Assembly: GCF_900199515.1 (NCBI RefSeq)
Contig: NZ_LT963434.1
Span: forward strand, 1,712,180 to 1,744,179
DNA: 32,000 nt
Direction: 5' to 3'
DNA from: Massilicoli timonensis
GTDB taxonomy: Bacteria > Bacillota_I > Bacilli_A > Erysipelotrichales > Erysipelotrichaceae
The notes under the pieces are model-generated. The model ran no database searches and was not told where the DNA came from. It saw only the letters and a list, made by a program, of their open reading frames with translations. Positions 1 to 7,443 of this stretch are shown piece by piece. The first letter of the stretch is position 1; every line of letters starts with the position of its first letter. A program made the translations under genes and the position numbers.

Positions 1-13
1 AGGTGAACTGTAG

Positions 14-346
14 GTGCAGATTAAACATGAAACGCTTGGTGAGATCATCAAGAATGCCCGCATAAAAGCAGATATTACAGTCGAAGATCTGGCCGCCAAG
101 GTCGGAGTAGGCGAGAGATTTATATATCGTATCGAGAACGAAGGCAAAAAGCCCAGCTACGACATTCTCTACAAGCTGATTCGGGAACTGTCCATTTTAC
201 CCGATCAGATTTTCTTCCCAGAAAAGCAGATTGAGGATTCCGAAATGGAAAACCTTGTCCGTATGCTGTATAACTGCGATGAGCGTTCTATGCAGATCAT
301 CAAGGCGACAGTTAGGGCGGCCTTGGACAGCCAGCCCAGAGAGTGA
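14..346 (+). CDS. XRE-family helix-turn-helix transcriptional regulator (GTG start)
   Basis: 110 aa. N-terminal HTH pattern LGEIIKNARIKADITVEDLAAKVGVGERFIYRIENEGKKPS. AGGTGA 7 nt upstream of the GTG, with an in-frame stop just before. Only credible plus-strand gene. Confidence 0.8.
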   Translation: MQIKHETLGEIIKNARIKADITVEDLAAKVGVGERFIYRIENEGKKPSYDILYKLIRELSILPDQIFFPEKQIEDSEMENLVRMLYNCDERSMQIIKATVRAALDSQPRE

Positions 347-392
347 AAAAGAGCCGATGCCCGTGGGAAATTCTCACAGGTTCATCGGCTCT
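345..392 (-). terminator. Rho-independent terminator closing the minus-strand ABC/KTR operon (overlaps stop of the convergent HTH gene)
   Basis: 10-bp stem agagccgatg (350-359) / catcggctct (383-392). On the minus strand it is followed by TTTTT (plus-strand A-run 346-350) and lies 5 nt after the KTR stop codon. Confidence 0.6.
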
Positions 393-396
393 GCGT

Positions 397-585
397 CTAT
401 GCGTCTGGCTCTTTGATGACAACGATATGTAATTGTTTCGCCTGGATTAAGCTCTCTCGTTTGCACTTTGGGCAGTAGAGAGGATAATTGATTAAAACCG
501 TATCCTCCCTGATTCGATCACGGGTTTTATTCCCGCAGACGGGACAATAAACCCACTCTGTTTGCTGCATGGGAATCACCTCCAT
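397..585 (-). CDS. Cysteine-rich KTR domain protein (small zinc-ribbon-like)
   Basis: CPVCGNKTR ... CPKCK motif pair in 62 aa. An alternative start at 570 (MQQTEW) has a better GGAGGTG spacing. Confidence 0.7.
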   Translation of the reverse strand: MEVIPMQQTEWVYCPVCGNKTRDRIREDTVLINYPLYCPKCKRESLIQAKQLHIVVIKEPDA

Positions 586-610
586 TCTCCTGTTTTCAAG
601 ACATGGCCGA

Positions 611-632
611 GGGCTTGCTGCTCTGCAAGCCC
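611..632 (-). other. Intercistronic GC-rich stem-loop between membrane-protein gene and KTR gene
   Basis: gggcttgc / gcaagccc 8-bp stem with a 6-nt loop. No adjacent U-tract on the minus strand. Confidence 0.35.
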
Positions 633-651
633 GCCGGCGTGTCTTTTTTAT

Positions 652-1071
652 TTATTCTTCCTTTTCCCGGAATCCCCAAGCCTCAAAATCCGTATCGTCT
701 TCCTCCGGCTCCACCTCTTCCATAAAGGTGGAGTCAGGGGCCTCTGTCGAGGCGTTGAGCATATAGGGCGTGACCTGTACCGGCATCTCGTTCTTGAGCG
801 CCAGCACCTTGGGGGCTGCCTTGCCGCAAAACACCATGGCGGCGGCAAAGGCGAAATACTGCACACAGCTTGTAAGATAGAGATTCACAATGGCCAGTTC
901 ATTTCCCTGCACAGGAACGCCCTGCTCAAGCTGCCGGGAGATATTTTGGTGGCAGGCTACCAGGGAAACAAAAGCCGTAATCAGCAGCACCGCCGCAAGA
1001 ACATAAAATGCAACGGAAAGGATAGTCCCTTTTTTCGAGGGCTTTGTGATTGGATTGCTGTCCATCTCCAT
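652..1071 (-). CDS. Small membrane protein with acidic C-terminal tail, translationally coupled to the ABC ATPase
   Basis: 139 aa from the ATG at 1071 (TGATG overlap with the ATPase stop; AAGGAGGG 7 nt upstream). About 3 hydrophobic segments, then an acidic tail EEVEPEEDDTDFEAWGFREKEE. The ORF-track start at 1074 is a TTG. Confidence 0.6.
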   Translation of the reverse strand: MEMDSNPITKPSKKGTILSVAFYVLAAVLLITAFVSLVACHQNISRQLEQGVPVQGNELAIVNLYLTSCVQYFAFAAAMVFCGKAAPKVLALKNEMPVQVTPYMLNASTEAPDSTFMEEVEPEEDDTDFEAWGFREKEE

Positions 1072-1775
1072 CAATGCGCCCTCCTTTCACTGCGGGGAGC
1101 GTTGTTTCTGCGGGATTGAGGCTGGGCGGCTCCATCTTGAACGCGCTCTAGCACCTGCAGCTCACCCTTTCTCAGCCGGAACACCACATCGGCCTGCTTC
1201 GCAAGTTCATTGGAGTGGGTAACGACCACCACACACTTGTTCATCTTGTGGGCGCTCTCTTTGAGAATATCCGTGATGTCCTGGGCGGTGTCCTCGTCCA
1301 GATTGCCGGTAGGCTCGTCCGCCAGGATCACTGGGGCCTCACTTGCCAGGGCACGGGCGATGGCCACACGCTGCTGTTGGCCACCGGAGAGTTTCAGTAC
1401 ATTGCGCTTCGATTCTTCTTTCGTCAGGCCCAGCCGCTCCAAAATGGGCAGCGGCGGCAGCTTGGAAGTCAGCGACACATTCTCCGTGGGAGTCAAGTAG
1501 TCGATGAGGTTGTATGCTTGGAAGATAAACGCCACATGGTTTTTCCGATGGTCGGAAAGGCCCGTCTTGGCAATATCCTGCCCGTCAAAGTAAATCTGGC
1601 CGCTACCGGGGCTGTCCAAGCCGCCGATCAGGGAGAGCAGGGTGGTTTTGCCGCAGCCGGAAGGCCCCAGGATGGCGTAGAGTTTGCCCTGTTCCATTTC
1701 GGCGTTGACGCCTTTTAAGACTTTCTTTTTATTATCGTAGGAATATCCCACTTGCTTGATTTCCATGATACTCAT
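1071..1775 (-). CDS. ABC transporter ATP-binding protein (MacB/LolD-type NBD)
   Basis: Walker [10 protein letters not shown], signature [14 protein letters not shown], Walker [13 protein letters not shown]-loop VTHS. GAGGT SD upstream. Confidence 0.95.
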   Translation of the reverse strand: MSIMEIKQVGYSYDNKKKVLKGVNAEMEQGKLYAILGPSGCGKTTLLSLIGGLDSPGSGQIYFDGQDIAKTGLSDHRKNHVAFIFQAYNLIDYLTPTENVSLTSKLPPLPILERLGLTKEESKRNVLKLSGGQQQRVAIARALASEAPVILADEPTGNLDEDTAQDITDILKESAHKMNKCVVVVTHSNELAKQADVVFRLRKGELQVLERVQDGAAQPQSRRNNAPRSERRAH

Positions 1776-1815
1776 AGTGATTACCTCATTTCGTTATTTT
1801 AGGGGGTGGATGGTC

Positions 1816-3093
1816 TTATTCCATCTGCGACAAAATCTGCTTGGGCTTCAGCCGCATGGTGGAGATACTGGACACCAGCACCGCCGCCACCAGCAAAATG
1901 CCGCCCACGATAGCCACCAGCATGAAATGCTCCGGCGTGACGATGACATTCTCCGCCGCCTTACCGAACAGCGTACCCAGGGTGCCAGCCACTTGCTTGC
2001 TGGAGAGGTAGGCCAGCGGGAAGGCCACCACCGCAATCAGCAGGCTTTCCAGCACATACTGGAGAATGACCGCAGGCTTGGCGATACCCACCGCCAGCAA
2101 AATGCCTGTTTCCCGTTTCCGGCTGCGGATAGACATGGAGAGAATGAGAATTATCAAAACCATGCTCACAGCAGTAATGACAATAATCAGCGTCGTAACC
2201 AAAGCGGTTGTGTCAGAGAGAGAACTTGAAATGTTCTGATACACTTCATCATTGGCTGTAACAATAAAGTTGTTCCAGTTGATAGAAGAAATGCTCTGTA
2301 CTTCGTTTATCACGCTCTCTAACTGTGCTGCGTCAGTTACATAGAAATCTGCCTCTTGAATTTTGTTGCCATCACCATAATTTACACACATTGCCTCCAT
2401 CGCAGTTTTGCTACAAAAGGCATAGTTAGAAAAATCCCACATGGTAGACGCATCGTACATTGTGGCCTCATCGTTCTTGTCAGCCACCACTTCAAAAATC
2501 CCCACAATTTCCATATCCACTTCGGGATCATCGGTATAAGGGTCATTGATTCCAACAACTTTGCTGCCGACTTTCAATCCATTCTGTTCAGCACGTTCCC
2601 GGCTGATGATAAGGCCATTGGTCATATCCTCTGTGATATGGGACCCTTCAACCAATTCAAATCGTCCTGATACGAATAAATCGTTATACTCCGTATTGAT
2701 AGAGCCATAGGTATAAAAACTGTTGGTGTATCCCGTTGTAACCACGCTGTCGCCCGTTTCCTTGAAGTAATAAGGCATGGAAACAATCGAAGCATCATAT
2801 CCGGCAATCCCGTCTACTGAGGCAATCTCCTGAAGCATTTCATCTGAAATAAATTCCTGCGTACTATATGAACCGCCATTGCCGCTTGTCCAGCCTCCAG
2901 TAGATAGATTTCGTTCCACAGTAAAACTGGTTCCCGTCACACCCCGCAGTTCCTCAGCCTGCTCCTCCTGGGCGTCGGCAATCGCCAGCCCGGACAGCAC
3001 CAGGGTGGTAATAGCCAGGAGCAGGAAGAACACCAGTAGCGTCTTTTTCCACTTCCGTGCGCTGTATAAAATCGCTCGTATTCCTAAATTCAT
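1816..3093 (-). CDS. ABC transporter permease, FtsX/MacB type (paralog 1)
   Basis: 425 aa. N-terminal TM, large extracytoplasmic segment, C-terminal 3-TM FtsX-like bundle. AGGAGG SD. Confidence 0.9.
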   Translation of the reverse strand: MNLGIRAILYSARKWKKTLLVFFLLLAITTLVLSGLAIADAQEEQAEELRGVTGTSFTVERNLSTGGWTSGNGGSYSTQEFISDEMLQEIASVDGIAGYDASIVSMPYYFKETGDSVVTTGYTNSFYTYGSINTEYNDLFVSGRFELVEGSHITEDMTNGLIISRERAEQNGLKVGSKVVGINDPYTDDPEVDMEIVGIFEVVADKNDEATMYDASTMWDFSNYAFCSKTAMEAMCVNYGDGNKIQEADFYVTDAAQLESVINEVQSISSINWNNFIVTANDEVYQNISSSLSDTTALVTTLIIVITAVSMVLIILILSMSIRSRKRETGILLAVGIAKPAVILQYVLESLLIAVVAFPLAYLSSKQVAGTLGTLFGKAAENVIVTPEHFMLVAIVGGILLVAAVLVSSISTMRLKPKQILSQME

Positions 3094-3106
3094 ATTGCGT
3101 CCTCCT

Positions 3107-4369
3107 TTACTCCATCTGCGCTAAGATTTGCTTGGGTTTCAACCGCATAGTCGAGATACTGGACACCAGCACTGCCGCCACCAGCAAAATGCCGCCCACG
3201 ATAGCTACCAGCATAAAGTGTTCCGGCGTGACGATGACATTCTCCGCCGCCTTGCCGAACAGCGTACCCAGTGTGCCAGCTACTTGCTTGCTGGAGAGGT
3301 AGGCCAGTGGGAATGCCACCACTGCGATCAGCAGGGTTTCCAGCACATACTGGAGAATCACCGCAGGCTTGGCGATACCCACCGCCAGTAAAATTCCGGT
3401 TTCCCGTTTCCGGCTGCGGATGGACATGGAGAGGATGAGAATTATCAAAACCATGCTCACAGCGGTAATGACAATGATGAGAGTGGTAATCAGAGTCCCG
3501 GTGTCGGAAAGGGCGCTGGAGATATTCTGATACACCTCGTCATTGGCGGTGATCTTGTAGTTGTTCCAGTTGATCGAGGAAATGCTCTGCACTTCCTGAA
3601 TCACATTCTCTAATTGGGCGGCGTCCGTGACATAGTAGTAGGCTTCGGAAATGCCCTCGCCATCTTCGCCCCAGCCCTTAATCAGGCCCTCGGCTGCGTC
3701 CATGCTGCAAAAAACATAGCTGGAATAGGCGTAATAGGACGCATCATCATACATATTCACTTGGTCGTTCTTATCCGCCACCACATCGAAGATACCCACA
3801 ATCTCCATATCCACTTCCGGGGTGTTATTCTCCGGGTAGTAAACGCCTGTCAAGGTGTCCCCAACCTTCAGCCCGTTCCACTCAGCTAGTTCCCGGCTGA
3901 TAATAATGCTATTGGTCATATCATCGGTGATGTGGGTGCCTTCCACCAGTTCAAACCGGCCCGACAGAAACAGCTCATGGTATTGGGAATTGTAGGAGCC
4001 GTAGTTGTAGAAGCTGTAATTCTCATGGGCCAGTTCCTCGCCCTTATCATTGAAGATACGGGGCAGGGTAATCAAAGTGGCGTCATACCCCGCAATGCCA
4101 TCCACTGCGGCAATCTGCTGGATCATGTCCTCGGACATAAATTCCTGTGTGCTGTAATTACCGTTCCAGCCGCCCGTAGAGATGTCTCGCTCCACCGTGA
4201 AGCTGGCCCCGGTGGTTCCCCGGACTTCCTCAGCCTGTTCTTCCTGTGCGTCAGCTATGGCAAGGCCGGACAGCACCAAAGTGGTAATGGCCAGGAGCAA
4301 ACAGAACACCAGCAGTGTCTTTTTCCACTTTCGTGCGCTATATAAAATCGCTCGTATTCCTAAATTCAT
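3107..4369 (-). CDS. ABC transporter permease, FtsX/MacB type (paralog 2)
   Basis: 420 aa. Same architecture as paralog 1. AGGAGG SD. Confidence 0.9.
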   Translation of the reverse strand: MNLGIRAILYSARKWKKTLLVFCLLLAITTLVLSGLAIADAQEEQAEEVRGTTGASFTVERDISTGGWNGNYSTQEFMSEDMIQQIAAVDGIAGYDATLITLPRIFNDKGEELAHENYSFYNYGSYNSQYHELFLSGRFELVEGTHITDDMTNSIIISRELAEWNGLKVGDTLTGVYYPENNTPEVDMEIVGIFDVVADKNDQVNMYDDASYYAYSSYVFCSMDAAEGLIKGWGEDGEGISEAYYYVTDAAQLENVIQEVQSISSINWNNYKITANDEVYQNISSALSDTGTLITTLIIVITAVSMVLIILILSMSIRSRKRETGILLAVGIAKPAVILQYVLETLLIAVVAFPLAYLSSKQVAGTLGTLFGKAAENVIVTPEHFMLVAIVGGILLVAAVLVSSISTMRLKPKQILAQME

Positions 4370-4384
4370 ATCGCCTGCACCTCC

Positions 4385-5722
4385 TTAACTCATTTGCGAC
4401 AAAATACTCTTGGGCTTCATCTTCATAATGGGATAGGCCGCCAGTGCGGTAGAAGCCACACACAGCACCATGCCGAAAGCCCACACCAGTGCGTAATCCT
4501 CGGCGGAAACAGCCACCTCGATCTCGGCAAGGTCCAAATCCTCGGTGGGTTCTTGGGCCGCTTCGCTTTCCCCGGTCAAGTCCACCGTTTCATAGGTTTC
4601 GCTTGTCACCTGAGAGAGCAAGCTGCTCCCGATCTGATGGGAAATGGCTGTGCTGGTGCCGAAGGAGATCACAAGGGCGATGGCCGCCACAAGAATCACT
4701 TCCAGCAGGTATTGCAGCAGTACCGAGCCTTTGGAAATGCCCATAGCCAGATAGACGCCGGTTTCATGGACTCGCCCACGGAGCCGCAGCGTCAAGAACA
4801 AGGCCAGCACCAGGAAACAAATCACCGATACCACCGCAATGGCGATAAAGACGATGTTCTGCAAGCCCTCCAAGGATTCCTTGGCGTTCTGATAGTCGTT
4901 GTCGTAGCGGGTCAGGGTGCAGCTCTCCCAATCCACGCCATCCAATTCCTGCACATCGGTCATAATGCGCTCCAGCTCGTCCGGGTCGTTCACATAGAAA
5001 TCCCCGTACTGGACATTGGTGGTTCCCTCCGTGCCGTAGAGCAGGAAAGAGGCGGTGGAGAGGTCGGTGAAAACGATGTTATCGTAAAGGTCATAGGACG
5101 GGGCCATGCCGATGGAATCCTGTTCTTCCGTATTGGTGAAGATCCCGGCCACCGTCACGGGGATGGTCTTATCTTTGTCCTCCACATTCCCCAGCAGCAT
5201 GGTGTCGCCCACAGACAAGCCGTTGCGCTGGGCGAATTTCTCATGGACCAGCACTTGGCTGCCGGTTTCGGTGGTGATGGGGTTGCCCTCCACCATCTCA
5301 AAGCCGCCATCGGTGAAATAGCTGTCCTCCTGGGAATTGGAGTTGGCCACCACCCGTCCGGCGTTCTCATAGCCCTCCGGCACCTGGGCAGCACCCTCGG
5401 TGTTGATCTCCAGAAGGTTCCCGTCTGCGTCAAAATAAGTAGCATAGGTGTAGGAGCGCAGGGTGTACCTGCCACTCAAGCCATCCATAGCAAGAATTTG
5501 GCTTACCGTATCCTCCGGGATGCCGTTTTCCAGCGTCTTGGCGTTGATGGTGAAATAGCCCAGCAGGGCTTTTTTGATATTGGCGTTGGCCGTTTCCGTA
5601 GCCGATTGGATGGAAAGGCAGGTCAGCATCAGCGTAGCCATGACCAGCAGAAACGCCAGCAGTGTGAGGGTCTTGCCCTTTTTGCGGACGGAATACAGGC
5701 AGGCTCGTTTGCACAGGTTCAT
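4385..5722 (-). CDS. ABC transporter permease, FtsX/MacB type (paralog 3, divergent, acidic loop insert)
   Basis: 445 aa. Same 1+3 TM architecture, with an extra acidic segment ESEAAQEPTEDLDLAEIE before the last TM. First gene of the operon. Confidence 0.9.
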   Translation of the reverse strand: MNLCKRACLYSVRKKGKTLTLLAFLLVMATLMLTCLSIQSATETANANIKKALLGYFTINAKTLENGIPEDTVSQILAMDGLSGRYTLRSYTYATYFDADGNLLEINTEGAAQVPEGYENAGRVVANSNSQEDSYFTDGGFEMVEGNPITTETGSQVLVHEKFAQRNGLSVGDTMLLGNVEDKDKTIPVTVAGIFTNTEEQDSIGMAPSYDLYDNIVFTDLSTASFLLYGTEGTTNVQYGDFYVNDPDELERIMTDVQELDGVDWESCTLTRYDNDYQNAKESLEGLQNIVFIAIAVVSVICFLVLALFLTLRLRGRVHETGVYLAMGISKGSVLLQYLLEVILVAAIALVISFGTSTAISHQIGSSLLSQVTSETYETVDLTGESEAAQEPTEDLDLAEIEVAVSAEDYALVWAFGMVLCVASTALAAYPIMKMKPKSILSQMS

Positions 5723-5766
5723 CTCACGGCCACCTCATTTCCTTGTCGTAAAACCAGTGGGTTCAC
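5719..5766 (-). CDS. Candidate 15-aa leader ORF (MNPLVLRQGNEVAVR) coupled by ATGA to permease 3
   Basis: GTG start 7 nt after a strong TAGGAGGT. Its TGA overlaps the permease ATG (ATGA). Too short to validate by composition. Confidence 0.25.
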   Translation of the reverse strand: MNPLVLRQGNEVAVR

Positions 5767-5843
5767 TTGTGTACCTCCTAACGTAGTTTTTCGCCGGGGC
5801 TTTTCCCGCTCCGGTGGTGTCCCCGTCTGCCGGGAACACCCTT

Positions 5844-5898
5844 ATGGTACACTACGAAGGTGGAGTTGAGGTGGAGTGGAGATATTTTTTTGGTGGAG
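5844..5898 (-). promoter_or_regulatory. Putative response-regulator-dependent promoter of the triple-permease ABC operon
   Basis: Minus strand reads CTCCACC (5898-5892), CTCCACC (5876-5870), CTCCACC (5865-5859), with start-to-start spacings of 22 and 11 bp, then 9 nt, then TACCAT (5849-5844). The same box pair and spacing recur at 12056-12088. Confidence 0.55.
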
Positions 5899-5913
5899 CT
5901 GGCGATAAGGTGT

Positions 5914-5949
5914 AAAAAATCGGCGGCCTTGATTGGTTCAAAGCCGCCG
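5914..5949 (-). terminator. Rho-independent terminator after the BlaI/BlaR1-ABC module
   Basis: Hairpin cggcggccttga...tcaaagccgccg (5921-5949), followed on the minus strand by aTTTTTT (5920-5914). Confidence 0.6.
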
Positions 5950-6045
5950 TATAGTCAAACGTAGGACGTGACGATTACCTGCTGAGCAACGGCTTTTTTC
6001 TTTTGCCGTCTGGCGGGGCAGATTAAAGCGATATTCGTTTTTTTA
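5921..6045 (-). repeat. Structured repeat of about 125 bp, copy A (partner at 13059-13190)
   Basis: Block 1 cggcggccttgat..tcaaa.ccgccg. Block 2 tacctgc..gcaacgg(c)ttttttcttt..ccgt.t.gcggggcag.at. Then attcgtttt abutting the stop codon of the upstream gene. Both blocks fold as hairpins, with compensatory changes between copies (acggc/gccgt versus aacgg/ccgtt). Confidence 0.6.
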
Positions 6046-6049
6046 CATC

Positions 6050-6685
6050 TCAATCAACTCTTTTGCATTTCCAGTAAATGGTACACCATAAAAATAGACC
6101 TGCCAAAGTAATAATTCCTTTGTTCCATAGCCAAATATTATTTTGATCTCCGGCAAATCGGATAAACAAATAGACATATTCTAACCCCGGAAATCTTAAT
6201 AGGCTTCGCGTCAATAAGATTATCAGCCATATAACCCCACAGACTAATGTTGCTATATGTTCTTGCCTACATATAATCCCTAACAAGGCACACAGCGATG
6301 ATAAAAAGAATGTTGGTGGGAAATACAGCACAATCAATTCCCATATTGGCATTTCGTATCGCATAACTGACGCGCCTGCCATGCTAAAAACCGCGAATAA
6401 ACTGGATATTGCAAAAGCGATTATATAACGTAACAATACCCATTTGAAAAGAGATTTGCTTTGTGCGGCAATAATATCAAAATTACTGTCTGCTCTCGTC
6501 TTTCCCCATTCACCAACAACGATTGTGACAAAAAACGGGAATACCACTTCAAAGCTGACCGGATAAAAATCAAGCAGATTTCCGGCTATGATAGAAAGAA
6601 CAATCATAGCAACCGTAAAGGCCGCTGATACGATAAAGAAATTTATCCCGAAAATTTTTACTTCGCTTTCAATTCGCGCTTTCAT
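6050..6685 (-). CDS. Polytopic membrane protein, probable permease subunit of the adjacent ABC system
   Basis: About 6 hydrophobic segments. The likely start is the ATG at 6685 (MKARIES), 5 nt after GGAGG. The ORF-track start at 6697 is a TTG lying inside the SD. Confidence 0.7.
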   Translation of the reverse strand: MKARIESEVKIFGINFFIVSAAFTVAMIVLSIIAGNLLDFYPVSFEVVFPFFVTIVVGEWGKTRADSNFDIIAAQSKSLFKWVLLRYIIAFAISSLFAVFSMAGASVMRYEMPIWELIVLYFPPTFFLSSLCALLGIICRQEHIATLVCGVIWLIILLTRSLLRFPGLEYVYLFIRFAGDQNNIWLWNKGIITLAGLFLWCTIYWKCKRVD

Positions 6686-6780
6686 TCTGACCTCCAAAAC
6701 TTGTGTTTCAAAAACAGCAGGCTGCCAAACACAAGACCGCTTCCTACAAGGAAAAATCCATTTGCAATAACGCTCCCCAT
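6682..6780 (-). CDS. Candidate 32-aa single-TM micro-protein (MGSVIANGFFLVGSGLVFGSLLFLKHKFWRSE)
   Basis: Fills the gap between the two permease genes. Hydrophobic core plus a basic tail. Its stop overlaps the next start as ATGA. No clear SD. Confidence 0.25.
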   Translation of the reverse strand: MGSVIANGFFLVGSGLVFGSLLFLKHKFWRSE

Positions 6781-6807
6781 ATCAACAAACGGCCATCTCG
6801 GATGCAC

Positions 6808-7443
6808 TCATATCAAACGGACTAAATCGCCGGAAGTAATCAAGTAAAATGGCATTGCCTCTGCCGAGCCTACATAGGTGGCATTAAACCCAAACAATAT
6901 TGCGGCCAGAATATAGAATAAGCGAATGTCAATCATCCCCGGTAAGGCAATCGAGCAAAAGCTGACAAATAAACTCGTTGGAACTAAAGAAACAAAGATT
7001 GCTTTTATCAACGGGGCAATACATTCAATCAGGGAAATTTCAAATGGCGCAGCAATAAAATAAATTGTCGTGTTAAGTAAAAGAAAAATACACTGCATGG
7101 AGAAAACATATAGAAATCCGCCCAACAGCTTTCCCAACACATATTGCCATTTTCGTAAGGCCGATGACATCAGCAAAGATTTCATTCCTGTCTTAGTATC
7201 TATCGGAATACGTCCTGCCAATAAGAACATCAGACCGAACAATAAAACAAGGCTGTCGAGGCTCACAATCCGATAAACAAAGTATGCTGGCTCATTCAAA
7301 AACTCCAACCGAGCTAAATTCCCAGCAGAGGGGAAATTGTCAAGTAAAGAAAGTGCCGTCGCTACAAGAAGTACACCCCATGTAACCAGACGCTTGAACT
7401 GCATTTTATATTCATAATGGAGAACAGAAAACATTTTACGCAT
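6808..7443 (-). CDS. Polytopic membrane protein, probable ABC-2-like permease subunit
   Basis: About 6 hydrophobic segments. The likely start at 7443 (MRKMFSVLHYEYK) is preceded by GGGAGGG and overlaps the ATPase stop. Confidence 0.7.
   Translation of the reverse strand: MRKMFSVLHYEYKMQFKRLVTWGVLLVATALSLLDNFPSAGNLARLEFLNEPAYFVYRIVSLDSLVLLFGLMFLLAGRIPIDTKTGMKSLLMSSALRKWQYVLGKLLGGFLYVFSMQCIFLLLNTTIYFIAAPFEISLIECIAPLIKAIFVSLVPTSLFVSFCSIALPGMIDIRLFYILAAILFGFNATYVGSAEAMPFYLITSGDLVRLI

Larger units (their letters stand above)
1816..4369 (-). repeat. Tandem duplication of FtsX-type permease genes with mosaic conservation
   Basis: Paralogs 1 and 2 are near-identical in the first ~65 and last ~146 aa and diverge in the middle domain. 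The 3' ~50 nt before each start codon region are almost identical (tctttttccact..cgtgcgct.tataaaatcgctcgtattcctaaattcat). Confidence 0.85.

Noticed and set aside
4394-5869. 491-aa plus-strand ORF
   Set aside because: It lies fully antisense to FtsX permease 3. Its Arg/Gly/His-rich low-complexity translation is typical of shadow ORFs in GC-rich coding DNA. It has no SD and no recognisable motifs.
5921-6045. Integron attC-like cassette recombination sites for the two repeat copies
   Set aside because: There is no integron integrase, attI or Pc-like arrangement in the window. The modules are multi-gene with their own promoters. The copies share primary sequence rather than only attC-type structure. 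The idea is kept only as an untested possibility of a recombination hotspot.
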